Positions 12,504 to 24,860 of a stretch of 64,000 nucleotides of DNA are shown here, one piece after another (the first letter of the stretch is position 1; each line of letters opens with the position of its first letter). The position numbers and the translations under genes are program-made. Below the pieces are notes generated by a model. That model ran no database searches and had not been told where the DNA came from. It saw only the letters and a list, made by a program, of their open reading frames with translations. The stretch lies in contig NC_090404.1 in assembly GCF_036365525.1 (NCBI RefSeq), positions 3,162,001 through 3,226,000 on the forward strand, in the 5' to 3' direction. Source of the stretch: Heterodontus francisci. Taxonomy: Eukaryota.

Positions 12504-14150
12504 TTCTTTCATGGGATGTGGGCGTCAATGGCCAGGCCAGCATTTGCTGCGCATCACTAACTACATTTTTTTTCCTCAAAAATATACTTTATTCATAAAA
12601 AAACTATAAAAAATATATTACAAACAGTTCAAAGTTGACATTTCAGAAAGTGCAAAGGAAATCAGTTTTCTTCAATACAGGAGTGAGTTGCCTCACAACC
12701 CTTCCACTCCATTTTACATGTCATATACATTTTACAGCAAAACCATATTTTGGTGTATACAGCCCGAGGGGTTTCCCATGGATCCAGCCCCTCAGTTCAG
12801 CTTGGTGGGGGGACCTTACACTGTGGTCTTTCCCCATTGAGCCTTTGCTGCGGCTGCCCCAAGCTTTAGTGCGTCCCTCAGCACGTAGTCCTGGACCTTG
12901 GAATGTGCCAGTCTGCAACATTCGGTGGTGGACAACTCTTTGCGCTGGAAGACCAGCAAGTTTCGGGCAGACCAAAGGGCGTCTTTCACCGAATTGATAG
13001 TCCTCCAGCAGCAGTTGATGTTTGTCTCGGTGTGCGTCCCTGGGAACAGCCCGTCGAGCACAAACACCTGTGTTACAGAGCTGCTTGGGATGAACCTCGA
13101 CAAAAAACATTGCATCTCTTTCCACACCTGCTTTGCAAAGACACATTCCAGAAGGAGGTGGGCAACCGTTTCTTCCCCAACACAGCCACCGCGGGGGCAT
13201 TGCGCGGAAGGGTTGAGACTTCGGGCGTGCAGGAAGGATCTGATGGGGAGGGCTCTTCTCACCAGCCAAGCTACATCTTGGTGCTTGTTTGAACGTTCTG
13301 GTGATGAGGCATTCCGCCAAATGACTTTGACGGTCTGCTCGGGGAACCATTCGACAGGATCCCCCGTCTCCTTTTCCCGTAGGGCCCTGAGGACATTCTG
13401 TGCAGACCACTGCCTGATGGATCGGTGGTCAAAGGTGTTTTCCTGCAGAAACTGCTCCATGAAGGATAGGTGGTACGGCACGGCCCAACTGCACGGAGCG
13501 TTCCGTGGCAATGTGACCAGGCCCATCCTTCGCAACACCGGGGACAGATAGAACCTCAGCACGTAGTGACACTTGGAGTTTGCGTACTGGAGGTCTACAC
13601 ACAGCTTGATGCAGCCGCACACGAAGGTGGTCATCAGGATGAGGGCCACGTTGGGTACATTTTCCCGCCCTTATCCAGAGATTTGAACATCGTGTCCCTC
13701 CGGACCCGGTCCATTTTAGATCCCCAGATCAAGCAGAAAATGGCTCGGGTGACTGCCACGGCGCAGGAGTGGGGTATGGGCCAGACCTGCGCCACGTACA
13801 GCAACAACGTGAGCGCCTCGCACCTGATGACCATGTCGTTACCCACAATGACAATTGAGTGGCTTGCTAGGCTATTTCAGAGGGCATTTAAGCGTCAACC
13901 ACATTACTGTGGATCTGGAGTCACATGTAGGTCAGACCGGGTAAGGACAGCAGATTTCCTTCCCTAAAGGACATTAGTGAACCAGGTGGGTTTTTAATGA
14001 TAGTTAAATAGCACCAGTACTGAGACTAGCTTTCAACTCCAAATTTTTGTTCATTAATTGAATTTAAATTCCACCAGCTGCCGTGGTGGGATTTGAACCC
14101 ATGTCTCCAGGACATTAGCCAGTGTTATGACCACTACACCACCCTCTCCA
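12504..14150 (-). mobile_element. HE1-like SINE split by an L1/Tx1 insertion (12504-12566 and 13849-14150)
   Basis: The two parts join to reconstruct the SINE seen intact at 26127-26524. Confidence 0.75.
12567..13848 (-). mobile_element. L1/Tx1-clade LINE, 5'-truncated, ORF2 C-terminus with CCHC zinc knuckle
   Basis: ORF 12816-13649 contains CPRGGCVGEETVAHLLLEC; frameshifted extension 13634-13846; poly(A) signal and tail at ~12567-12594. Confidence 0.88.
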
Positions 14151-15089
14151 CAGTCTAACTGAAGTCCCTTATCCCTGGAACCATTCTAGTGAATCTATTC
14201 TACACTCTGAGGCCTTGACACCCTTTCCTAGAATTGGACACGATACTCGAGCTGAGGTCTAACCAGTTTTTTATAAAAGTTTTACACGACTCCTTTTATT
14301 TTGTACTCTATGCCTTGATTTATAAATCCAAAGATCCCTTCGGCCTTTGTAACAACCTTCGCAACTTCCCCTGCTTGGCCTGTCACATTCAATAACTTAT
14401 ACAAGCATCCCCACCTCCCATCCCCCAAAGTCTCTCTGCTCTGCCTCCCCCTTTCAAATTAGAGCATTTCTCTGATGAACTAAGGGAGTAAGACATAAAA
14501 TGGAAGAGAGGCAAGATTGCCTTTATTGTATTCTGGTGAGAGGAATAAGGAAATGAGTTGCAATACGAGACCAAAATGGACAGAGGGGCAAAGCAATCTA
14601 GAGTACATAAATCACCGAAAGTACTTGCAACACAAGTCGACAAGGCCACACAGACTGAAATCAAAGTACTGGGCTTCACATCTAGAGGAATAGCCTGTGA
14701 AGCAGCAGGGTAAATACTGAATCGATGTGCAACCTTGGTTAGATGATACTTGAAGTTGAAAGACAATGAAACCTGCTTTTCAAAGAAGTGCATCTGGAGG
14801 AATGCAGAAGATGCACGACTATGAATCTAGCAACACGGATATATTTTCCAAAAGCTGCTCATTGCAGGAGTCAAATTAAATTACACAAAAAATGTACAAA
14901 TCGACGTTTGGACAATGATTAAAATGAAAATGAACACACAAGTTACATTTGGATCTGGAAATCTGAATTTTGAATCCTTGTGCAATTCACAAAGTGTAAT
15001 AACATTCGAGTGTTTACGGTACTGGAAATAGCTGGGCAGGAGGTGGGCTTTGTCATGGAGGAGGAGTCAATGGAAAATTTCAAAACTGA

Positions 15090-15612
15090 GATTCACTCTG
15101 CAGGTGTGACCCTGAAGCTTCCGGTCACCTGCCATTTCAATTCAACCCTGACCTCTCTGTCCTTGACCTCCGCCTGCACTCATCCAATGAAAATCAACAG
15201 AAGCTTAATGAACCAGACCTCATCTTTCAGTTCGGCACTTTACAATCTTCTGGACTCAAAATCATCGACTGCAATCGAGTGCAGAACCACTGCCCTCATT
15301 TTTTCAGACGGCAGGTGCTGGAAATGGTTTTGTTGGCATTTACACCTCCTCTAGACCCATCTTTTGTTTCTTTACTTGTCCCATTGCCATCTCCTTCGGC
15401 CTTGCACCATCCTCCCTTTTGTTATTTAATCTTTCCTTCCTTCCACCCTATCACATGCATTCCCTTTTCTTCTCTCCTCCTTTCCCCCTTTCCCTGCCTC
15501 TGTATTTGTTTAAAACCAGTTGCATTTCGAACTTTTCCCAGTTCTGATGAAAGGTTGCTGACCTGAAATGTTAACTCTCTTCCTCTCTCTACAGATGCTG
15601 CCAGACCTGCTG
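15090..15612 (+). mobile_element. Penelope-like element fragment (endonuclease-end remnant and terminal region); resumes at ~16441-16498 after a CR1 insertion
   Basis: LPVTCHFNS remnant; AGTT-CTGATGA-AAGGTTGCTGACCT-GAAA-TGTT-AACT hammerhead-like motif at ~15540-15577. Confidence 0.6.
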
Positions 15613-15614
15613 AA

Positions 15615-16440
15615 GAACATTCATATAAACATGCGAATTAGGAGCAGGGGTAGGCTATTCGGCCCCTCGAGCCTGTCCCATCATTCTATAAGATCATGGC
15701 TGATCTATTTGTGGACACATCTCTACTTTCCTGCCTACCTCCGATAGCCTTTGATTCCCTTGTTTGTCAAGAATCTGTCTACTTCTGCCTTAAAAACAGT
15801 CAGTTGACCCTGCCTCCACCATTCTCTGGACAAGAGAGTTCCACACACACACCACCCTCTGAGACAACAAATTTCTCCTCATCTCTGTTTTAAATGGGAG
15901 ACCACTTATTTTAAAACAGTGCTCCCTCCTTTTAGTCTCTCCCACAAGGGGAAGCATCCTTTCAGCATCCACCCTGTCAAGTCCCTTCAGGATCTTATAT
16001 GTTCCAGAAGATCACCTCTCATTCTTCTCAACTTCAATGGATACAGACCCAACTTGTCCAACCTTTCCTCATAAGATAACCCTGTCATCCCAGGACTCAG
16101 TCAAGTGAACCTTCTCTGAACTGCTTCCAATGCAATTATATCCTTTTTTAAGTAAGGAGACCAAAGCTCTACACAGTACTCCAGATGTGGTCTCACCAAT
16201 GCTCTGTACAACTGCAGCAAAACATAGCTACTTTTATATTCCCTAGCAACAAACAAAAACATTGCATTTGCCTTCTTAATCACTTGCTGTACCTGCAGAC
16301 TGACTTTTTGTGTTTTGTGTACTAGAACACCCAGAGCCCTCTGCATCTCAGAGTTCTGCAATCCCTCCATTTAAGTCATACTTCTTCCAGTCAAAGTGGA
16401 AAAATTCACACTTTCCCACATTATACTCCATCTAACAAAT
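15615..16440 (-). mobile_element. CR1 LINE 3' fragment
   Basis: ORF 16101-16370 (LYRALVRPHLEYCVELWSPY...VQRRFT) and 15790-15972. Confidence 0.88.
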
Positions 16441-16909
16441 CTTCCAGCATTTTCTGTTCTATTTCTGATTTCTGCAGTCCACAGTGTTTTGCCTTAGTAT
16501 GGATAGATTATTTTTATTTACAGTTTGATAGTTTAAGAGTATTAAAGTGTTACAGAACCCAGGTGGGTGGATAGAGTTAAGTTACAGATCAATCATGATC
16601 TAATTGAATAGTGAAACATGCTGTAGGTGATGAAAACCCTCCTCCTGTGCCTAACTTCCTGACTAAGGGCAGCATCGTGTTGTGAACTGAGGTACAGAAA
16701 GTGGCAGGGGAGTGGGATCAGACAAGATGCTACCTAAAGGAATTAAACATGCGCCTAATATTTCAGAACTTCTCCAAGGTAATCTCGCTCCCGTGACGCT
16801 GTCCAGAATGGAAAACAATCAGACGAAGGAAAAGAGTCATTCAAACTTTCTTTAATAGTCACAAATTCTTGTCTGCAATTTATCAAGTACTTTGATTTTT
16901 CTGTAGCTA

Positions 16910-17425
16910 AATAAGAACATAAGAATAGCAGCAGACGTAGGCCATTCGGCCCTTCGAGCCTGCTCTGCTATTCAGTAAGATCGTGGTTGATCTTCTAGCT
17001 CAACATCTCCTTGCTGCACTCTACCCCTCTTCCTTAATCCCAAATATTTATCAATCTTAGCCTTGAATACGCTCCATGATTGAGCATCGACAGCTCTCTG
17101 GGGTAGAGAATTCTAAAGATTCACAACCCTCTGAGTGAAGAAAGTTCTCTTCATCACAAGCCCCAAATGGCTGACCCTTATTCTGAGTCTGTGACCCTGT
17201 GTTGTAGATTCCCCAGCCAGGGGGGGAAAAAGCCTCTCAGCATCTCACCCTGTCAAAGCCCTGAAGAATTTGATATGTTTCAATGAGGATCACCTCGCAT
17301 CCTTCTAAACTCGGGGGAATATAGGCCAATCTACTCAACCTCTCCTCCTGGGAGAATCCCCTCATCCCCGGAATCAGTTTGGTGAACTGTTGTTGCACTC
17401 TCTCTAATGCAAGTATGTCCTTATT
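16910..17425 (-). mobile_element. CR1 LINE 3' fragment
   Basis: ACATAAGAA-type tail and similarity to 15615-16440. Confidence 0.75.
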
Positions 17426-17520
17426 TAAAACACGGGGTCACAGTCAGGAAAGTGCAATGAAGGCCATGATCAGATTAGTCATGATCTTATTGAATGGCGG
17501 TGCAGGTTCGAGGGGTTGAA

Positions 17521-18139
17521 CTGGAGCAGCCACATAAATGCTGTAGCCACAAGAGCAGGTCAGAGGCGAGGAATTCTGCGGTGAGTAACTCACCTCCTGA
17601 CTCCCCAAAGCCTGTCCACCATCTACAAGGCACAGGAGTGTGATGGAATACTCTCCACTTGCCTGGATGGGTGCAGCTCCAACAACACTCAAGAAGCTCG
17701 ACACCATCCAGGATAAAGCAGCCCGCTTGATTGGCACCCCATCTACAAACATTCACTCCCTCCACCACCGACGCACAGTGGCAGCAGTGTGTACCATCTA
17801 CAAGATACACTGCAGCAATGCACCAAGACTCCTTAGACAGCACCTTCCAAACTCGTGACCTCGACCAACTAGAAGGACAAGAGCAGCAAATACATGGGAA
17901 CATCACCACCTGCAAGATCCCCTCCAAGCCACACACCATCCTGCCTTGGAACTATATCGCCGTTCCTTCACTGTCACTGGGTCAAAATCCTGGAACTCCC
18001 TTCCTAACAGCACTGTGGGTGTACCTACCCCACATGGACTGCTGCAGTTCAAGAAGGCAGCTCACCACCACCTTCTCAAGGGCAATAAATGCTGGCCTGG
18101 CCAGCGACGCCCACATCCCTGGAATGAATAATAAAAAAA
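17521..18139 (+). mobile_element. HER1-like LINE 3' fragment nested in a CR1 tail
   Basis: MEYSPLAWMGAAPTTLKKLDTIQDKAARLIG; same family as 8872-10105; interrupts GGGGTTGAA|GGCCTACTCC. Confidence 0.85.
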
Positions 18140-18959
18140 GGCCTACTCCTGCTCCTATTTCTTATGTCCTTGTTGCTCAGAAGCAAGGGAGCTAACAACT
18201 GACATAGAGTGGGTTGTAACTTTAAACAGATAGTGTGTGTTCTAAATGTGGATAAAAGTCATTTATAACGGGTCCAAAATGTTGACCCAAGTTTGGTAGA
18301 TGTTTGGAACTCTCTTCCTCAAATGACAATTGATGTTAGATTGACTGTTAAATTTAAATCTGAGATTGATAGATTTTTGCTAACCAAGGTATTAAGGAAA
18401 ATGGGACAAAAGCATGTATATGGAGTTGGTCACACATTGTTGAATGGAGAATCAGTCTCGAGGGGCTGAATGGCCTCCTTCTGTTCCTATGTTCCAAAAT
18501 TTGACAAATTATTAGCAGCAGGAAGTGAGTTCATGTGGATAGAAAGTGCCTGAAAACTCCAGGTTTTTGATATATTACAGACATACATCTTTTGTAACAG
18601 AGTACGTGTTACTGAGTGCGCATAAATGACTAGTGACCAGCGTAAAGTGTATTAAAATATATTTTATTGGCAGGCGTTATGAGAATGACTCAACAATTCT
18701 GAAAATCTCAGAAGTTCTTTCTAAAATGTAACAATACTAAGGAATGTTATATCTAAAATAGCAAGAAGCATCTCGATGCAATGTAAGTCAACAATGTAAA
18801 CCAGATATTGAATATTCTTCTGACGCGTTAGCAAATCAATACATTTCCCTTTACATGAGTTGCTTAGAATATTTACATACACGTGCATAAAGTTTTATCT
18901 TGGGACTTTGGAACAAAATCTGAAAGATGCTCGCTTTCAATATTTTTGAAGTTGACGGT

Positions 18960-19990
18960 TAAGTCCCAGTTGTGGACACCACACCTTAGGAAGGAGAGGG
19001 TGCAGAGGAGATTTACTTGAAAGGTAGTGGGGGTGAGGGGTTTTGGTTAATGTGGATAGCCTGGAGAAGCTGGGGTTGTCCTGCTTCAAACAGAGGAACA
19101 TGAGGGTAGAGTTAATAGAGGTTTTCAAAAATCATGAGGGGTTTCGACAGAGTCAATAAGGAGAAACTGAAAAGGTAAATTGGATAAATACTTGTAGAAA
19201 TAGGGGAAAGAGCGGGTGAGTGGGATATTGCAGAGCTCTGAGATGCAGAGGGATCTGGGTGTCCGAGTGCATGAATCACAAAAGGTTAGTATGCAGGTAC
19301 AGCACGTAATTAGGAAAGCTCATAGAATGTTATCATTTATTGTGAGGGGAGTTGAATACAAAAGTAGGGAGGTTATGCTTCAGCTACACAGGACATGGGT
19401 GAGACCACATCCGCAGTATTTTGCTTTTATATTGGTGAGATCACATCTGGAGTACTGTGTACAGCATTAGTCTCCCTATTTAAGGAAGGATGTAAATGCA
19501 TTGGAAGCAGTTCAGAGAAGGTTAACTAGACTAATACCTGGAACGGGCGGGCTGTCTTAAGAGGAACGGTTGGACAGGTTCGGCTTGTATCTGCTGGAGT
19601 TTCGAAGAATAAGAGGCAACTTGATTGAAACTTACAAGATCCTGAGGGGTCTTGACAGGGTAGATGTGGAAAGGATGTTTCCCTCTGTGGGAGAATCTCT
19701 TAAAAATAAGGGGTCGCCCATTTAAGCAGAGATTATGAGAATTTTTTTCTCTCAGAGGGTTGTGAGTCTTTGGACTTCTCTTCCTCAAAATGTGGTGGGA
19801 GCAGAGTCTTTGAATATTTTTTAAGGCGGAGGTAGTTAGATTCTTGATAAGCAAGGGGGTGAAAGGTTATTGGGGGTAGGCGGGAATGTGGAGCTGAGGT
19901 TACAATCAGATCAGCCATGATCTTATTGAGTGGTGGAGCAGGTTCGAGGGGCCAAGTGGCCTTCTCCTACTCCTAATTCGTATGTTTGTA
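18960..19990 (+). mobile_element. CR1 LINE fragments (older piece followed by younger 3' piece)
   Basis: ORF 19216-19470 (RDLGV..HES.KVS.Q, VRSHLEYCVQ) and CR1 tail at ~19960-19990. Confidence 0.85.
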
Positions 19991-20069
19991 TGGGATTAAT
20001 GGGATAACTCGTACAAAGGGCCTGCCCAGGCACAATGGCCTGAATAGCTGCCTCCTCTGCTGTGTAATT

Positions 20070-20529
20070 CCATGATTCGATTTTCGATTTTTATTCTTCC
20101 CAGTCAAGCACTGGATTGAGTCACTTCCACGGGATGGTACATGAATATTCCAGGAGCCTAATCACAAGACATGCAACTTAATGTACAAAGAAGATAAAAT
20201 ATACATCTTACAATAATGCGGCCTATACTTTTAATAAATGCTCAGCTATCTCCAATAGTAAGAATGAGCAAAGCTTCATCGGAAGCTGCATATATATCAG
20301 ATTATTCTATACTACTGTTCGAGAGGGAAGGACAGAAATTACACTATCTTACATTCGTGAAGATTCTTTCAAACATAACTACTACAGACAGACACATATA
20401 TGTATTTAACATGTAACAGATTGCCTTTGGGCAGATGATAGGAGATGCAAACGTCATTCTGCATCACAATCGAAACAAAAATCCGTCATGTTCACACGAT
20501 TCCTTCTGTGCTTGCGATCAATTGTCCCT
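20070..20529 (-). other. TRAC: Candidate TRAC exon 4 (3' UTR)
   Basis: Exon 3 ends in a GT donor 1 nt after the stop. Nearest unique block has acceptor CTGTTATCTCTTTCTCTAG (AG at 20530-20531) and AATAAA at 20090-20095 on the minus strand. The 3' end is estimated. Confidence 0.5.
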
Positions 20530-21029
20530 CTAGAGAAAGAGATAACAGATAGTTTTAGTATGTTACAGGGTACAGAGCTGCCCCACCTCCATGCCAAGCT
20601 ATTCGTCAAAAGGAATAACTCAGTGCTACCAGAACGGAGTTCATCTCTACAATCTATTCACAAAGTATTACACAATAAACAGGCCATTCGGTTTAGTTTA
20701 TGCTGGTGTCTTTGACCATTGTGAGACCCCCCCCCCCCCCCGCCATCCCCACCACTACTTCATCTCACCCATCAGCTAACCTTTTCCTTTCTGCTTCATC
20801 TGTTTGTCTAGATTTTCCTTAAATGCATTTATGCTCTTCAGATCAATGACTCCCCTGTTATAGTGAGTTCCACATTCTCACCACTGTCTGGGTAAAGAAA
20901 ATTCTCCTGAATTCCCTATTGGACCTATTATTATACCACCATAGGTTTGGTCTCTGCCTCCCCCCTGATACCTCTATTCGGTCAGCCTTCTGTTTTCCAG
21001 AGAAAAGTACCCCAGCAATCTTTCCTGAT

Positions 21030-21590
21030 AGTCATGTCTGACTAACTTAAATCAAATTTTTTGAAGAAGTAACAAGATGGATGAGGGTAGTGCAGTTGAT
21101 GTGGTCTACATGAATTTTAGCAAGGCTTTTGACAAGCTCCCACATGGCAGACTGGTGAGAAAATAAAATCCCATGGGATCCAAAGAAATGCAGCAAAGTG
21201 GATACAAAACTGGCTCAGTGGCAGGAAACAAAGGGTAGTTGTTTTTGCGACTGGAGGGCTGTTTCCAGTGGTGTTCCGCAGGGCTCAGTACTGCGTTCCC
21301 TGCTTTTTGTGGTTATATGTTAATGATTTGGACGTAAATGTAGGGGGCACGATCAAGAAGTTTGCAGATGACACAAAGATTGGCCGTGTGGTAGATAGCG
21401 AGGAGGATAGCTGTAGGCTGCAGGAAGATATTGATAATCTGGTCAGATGGGCAGAAAAGTGGCAAATGGAATTCAGCCTGGAGAAGTGTGAGGTGATGCA
21501 TTTGGGAAGGTCAAACAAGGCAAAGGAATACATGATTAATGGGAGAATACTGAGCGGTGTAGAGGAAGTAAGGGACCTTGGAATGAATGT
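21030..21590 (+). mobile_element. CR1 LINE RT fragment in TRAC intron 3, followed by a short antisense HER1-like piece (~21590-21678)
   Basis: FSKAFD, FADDTK, WAEKWQMEF..EKCEVMHLG motifs. Confidence 0.85.
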
Positions 21591-21838
21591 ATCATTGAAT
21601 GTCAAGGGGAGATGGTTAGATTCTCTCTTGTTGGAGATGGTCATTGCCTGGCACTTGTGTGGTGTGAATGTTACTTGATAGTTACTTTCCTTAACCTCGC
21701 CTGATTTTAAAATACATTCTGACTATTATTCCAAATTCTATACTTTCTCAATATTTGTTCTTTGCAGGAAAAGGTTTCTGCAAAGCAGACCGTCCACAGG
21801 AGAAATTTCTATCTTTAACAGGAAATCTTCTCTCTCAC

Positions 21839-21946
21839 CTTATGAGATCCAAACACGGATAGTCATCAAGGCGTTGAATACGATACTTTTAAAGAAGAGA
21901 AGTCTGAAGCCAAGGACTGTCAGTGAAAGCATATTCACGTGTGCAT
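21839..21946 (-). CDS. TRAC: TCR alpha constant exon 3 (TM and cytoplasmic): DAHVNMLSLTVLGFRLLFFKSIVFNALMTIRVWIS*
   Basis: Acceptor ttctcacag, phase 1; TM Arg/Lys/Asn spacing as in TRAC ([23 protein letters not shown]); TAA at 21840-21842, then G|GTGAG. Confidence 0.95.
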
Positions 21947-22188
21947 CTGTGAGAAGGGAAAGAAAAACACAGGAAATAAGGAGCCTATCGAAGACAATGA
22001 ACTGTTTTACAATAATAAATGTTTTTGCATGCTCTGCTATCTTAACCAATAACAGGGAACGATAAATCAGGCGAACGCTATCTGCAAAATTGCTGTTTTG
22101 AAAACGATTCCTTCAGAAACGAAGGCCTTTTTTGTGTTTACAATGTGTTTACAACAGACACAGGCATAAAAATACACATTGTACTCAC

Positions 22189-22236
22189 CGACTTCCTCCT
22201 CCTCTTCACGCTCAATACAAACTGCCTGGGAATCAC
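22189..22236 (-). CDS. TRAC: TCR alpha constant exon 2 (connecting peptide with interchain Cys): GDSQAVCIEREEEEEV
   Basis: cttcctcag acceptor, GTGAGT donor, 48 nt phase 1-1, in frame with exons 1 and 3. Confidence 0.9.
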
Positions 22237-22327
22237 CTGAGGAAGATCAATAATAATAATATTTACAACACTAGCAATAATGATTTCCACTTATAATCTC
22301 AATGAATAAAAAAATCAAAGAACATAC

Positions 22328-22609
22328 CAGAATCTGGATACGCTTTCGTTTGTTCACCCGTCGCAGTACACTGAAATTTTTCCTTCCACTCGGAGCCAGA
22401 CTTTGTCAGGAATCCGACCACACTGTAGCTGCGATCGGGGATGGACAGCGAGGTGTCGTTTTCCGTTCGGCTCGCTCTGTCATTCCCGTCTTTAACCGTC
22501 ACAGTGATGTTGTTTGGGAAAAAGTCTGTCACCAAGCACACGGGTGAAACCTCGGGCCGATCCCGCGGAGGGAGGATATAGACGGATGGTTTTGCAATAT
22601 CTTTCCGAT
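22328..22609 (-). CDS. TRAC: TCR alpha constant exon 1 (Ig C1-like domain): RKDIAKPSVYILPP...PVCLVTDFFP...YSVVGFL...FQCTAT...YPDS
   Basis: tatcaacag acceptor, GTATGT donor, 282 nt phase 1-1; PSVY, CLVTDF and second Cys; lies downstream of a J array with no D segments. Confidence 0.95.
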
Positions 22610-23024
22610 CTGTTGATAGGCAACGAGAGGAGAAAAGGAAAGTTTCCATGATTTAGCATCGAAGCCATCACAATCTAACACTCTTTAACCACTAGGCTGA
22701 CTCTATCCAATACCCCAAACCAAAGACTAATAGTGTGGAATACTTCACTTAAAGACTAGAGTCATTTGAAAGCACAGCTGCTAAATGAATACTGATCCAT
22801 GTTTCCGTTTGAGGGCTTGAATTTGTATATAAATTGTTACTGCCTTTTATAACCTGAGAAACATTTAAAGTCGCGTGGCATTCTGAATAGGTGAAAGCCC
22901 TGGAACAGACAATGATAATAATCCAAATAGGCTAGCTCTGGTTATCTTGTAGGAATCCATTCACAAACATAAAGCATATTTAATCTGGATCCTGTTCTGT
23001 TCAGTCATGGGACAATGGACAGAA

Positions 23025-23575
23025 TTGCTATAATTGTACAGGGTTTCAGTGAGGCCTCTCCTGGAATACAGTGCGCAGTTTTGGTCTCCACATTTAAGAA
23101 AGGGGGTTGTCTTATGATGAGAGGCTGAGTAAATTGGGCCTATATTCTCTGGTGTTTAGAAGAATGAGAGGTGATCTAATTGAGACATACAAGATTTTGA
23201 AAGGGTTTGATAGGGTAGAAGCTGAGAGATTGTTCCCACTGTTTGGGGAATCTAGAACACGGGGACACAGTCTCAGGATAATGGGTCAATCATTCAGGAC
23301 TGAGATGAAGAGAAATTACTTCACTCGAAAGGTTGTGAATCTTTGGAATTCTCTATCCCAGAGGATTGTGGATGCTCCATCATTGAATACATTTAAGGCT
23401 GGGATAGATAGATTTCCGATCTCGCAGGGAATTTTGGGATATGGGGAGGCGGGCAGGAAATTAGAATTGAAGCCCAAGATCAGCCATGATCATATTGACT
23501 GGCGGAGCAGGCTAGAGGGGCAGGCTAGAGGGGCCAAATGGCCCACTCCTGCTCCTAATTCATATGTTCGTATGT
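23025..23575 (+). mobile_element. CR1 LINE 3' fragment
   Basis: ORF 23107-23610 (LGLYSL..RRMRGDLIETYKILKG...VVNLWNSL). Confidence 0.88.
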
Positions 23576-24019
23576 TTGTATGTAAAGAGTGGGATAAACT
23601 GGATTGCTGATACCATCTGGTAGCCACATAATACAATTTTTGAGTTATTGATTAACCATACCAATCGATCTCTATCCATTATTGGAAAACAGACCCTGAA
23701 ATAACAGCCAGAAAAGCCCAGTGGTTGAGATCTTTGGGAACTATAACTCCAAAGTCACTTGTTCCTTTCAAGCATATTACATTCACCTCTTATCATGTCA
23801 CCAGTTAGTTATGTAGTGCATCACAAAATGTTACTTTCGTAAGGGCTTTGAGGCTGATCAATCAGAACCATGTCTGTGCATGGGAATGCTGCCCTGTAAT
23901 ATCTTTCTTGTCACTGAGCATGACCTATGAAGACCAGAATATTGGAGCATGGGAATAGGCTTTTGAACACATCAGTAATGCTTGTCACATGTAATCCAGT
24001 CTAATACCAGTCTCTGGCT

Positions 24020-24860
24020 CGTAGAAAGTTTCTCCCTATCGACCCTATCAAAACCCCTCATATAACATCTCTATTAAATCTCCCCTTAACCCATTCCTGC
24101 TCTACAGGAGGACAATCCCAGTTCCTCCAGCCTCTCCACATAACAAAAGTCCCTCAGCCCTTGTACCATTCTCGCAAATCCCTTCTGCACTCTCTCTGAG
24201 GCCTTGCCATCTTTCCTCAGTTGCTAAGCCTGGAATTGGATACAAGACTCCAGCTGTGACCTAACCAGTGTTTTATAGCCAGAGGCAATGTGATTTTTTT
24301 AAATAGAGTTCCTCAGGTTCCTTGTTTGTAAGTAATCAGGTCCTTGTGCTTTGTCTACTTTAACTTTGATTAATTTCTTTCTCTTTTGAAGAAGTGATAG
24401 CTCTGGTGGCCTGACGTATTCCATCAGCACACAAGAAATAGAAGCACAGCTTCTAGACTACACAGCCCCTCCGGTCCACTCTGCTATTTAATATGATCAT
24501 GGCTGATCTTTGTCTCAACTCCACATTCCCACTCACTTCCCATTTCCCTTGATTCCCTAAGAGACCAAAAACATATCAATTTCAGCCTTGAAACTACTCA
24601 AGTAGAGAATAACAAAGATTCACAACTCTCAGAGTGAAGAAGTTTCTCCTCATCTCCGTTCTAAATGGCGAACCCTTATCATGAAAATGTGCCCCTAGAT
24701 CCAGACTAAAAACAACCACTCATTGTTTACCCTGTAAAGCACTTTCAGAACCTTGTATGCTTCAATGAGATCACCTCTCATTCTTCTAAACTCCATAGAA
24801 TATAGGCCTGGCCTCTTCTGATAGGACAGCAATCCCATCCCAGGAATTAATCTAGTATTC
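24020..24860 (-). mobile_element. Two degenerate CR1 fragments (~24020-24280, ~24430-24860)
   Basis: ORF 24695-24904 (RRMRGDLIEAYK). Confidence 0.7.

Noticed and set aside
10670-15577. Plus-strand hammerhead-like motifs at ~10670-10707 and ~15540-15577
   Set aside because: The first has GGAC for GAAA; the second has lost the helix III palindrome. Both are antisense to TRAC and outside the gene, so they are treated as PLE relics.
18500-18940. Unique block with CAGGAAGTG and TGACGCGT as an alternative enhancer
   Set aside because: Only isolated motifs in AT-rich sequence; far weaker than 11200-11720.
21839-22609. Assignment as TCR delta, NAR-TCR or Ig light-chain constant region
   Set aside because: A TM exon excludes a light chain; more than 50 Js with 12-RSS, no D segments and a TRAC-like TM ending favour alpha.
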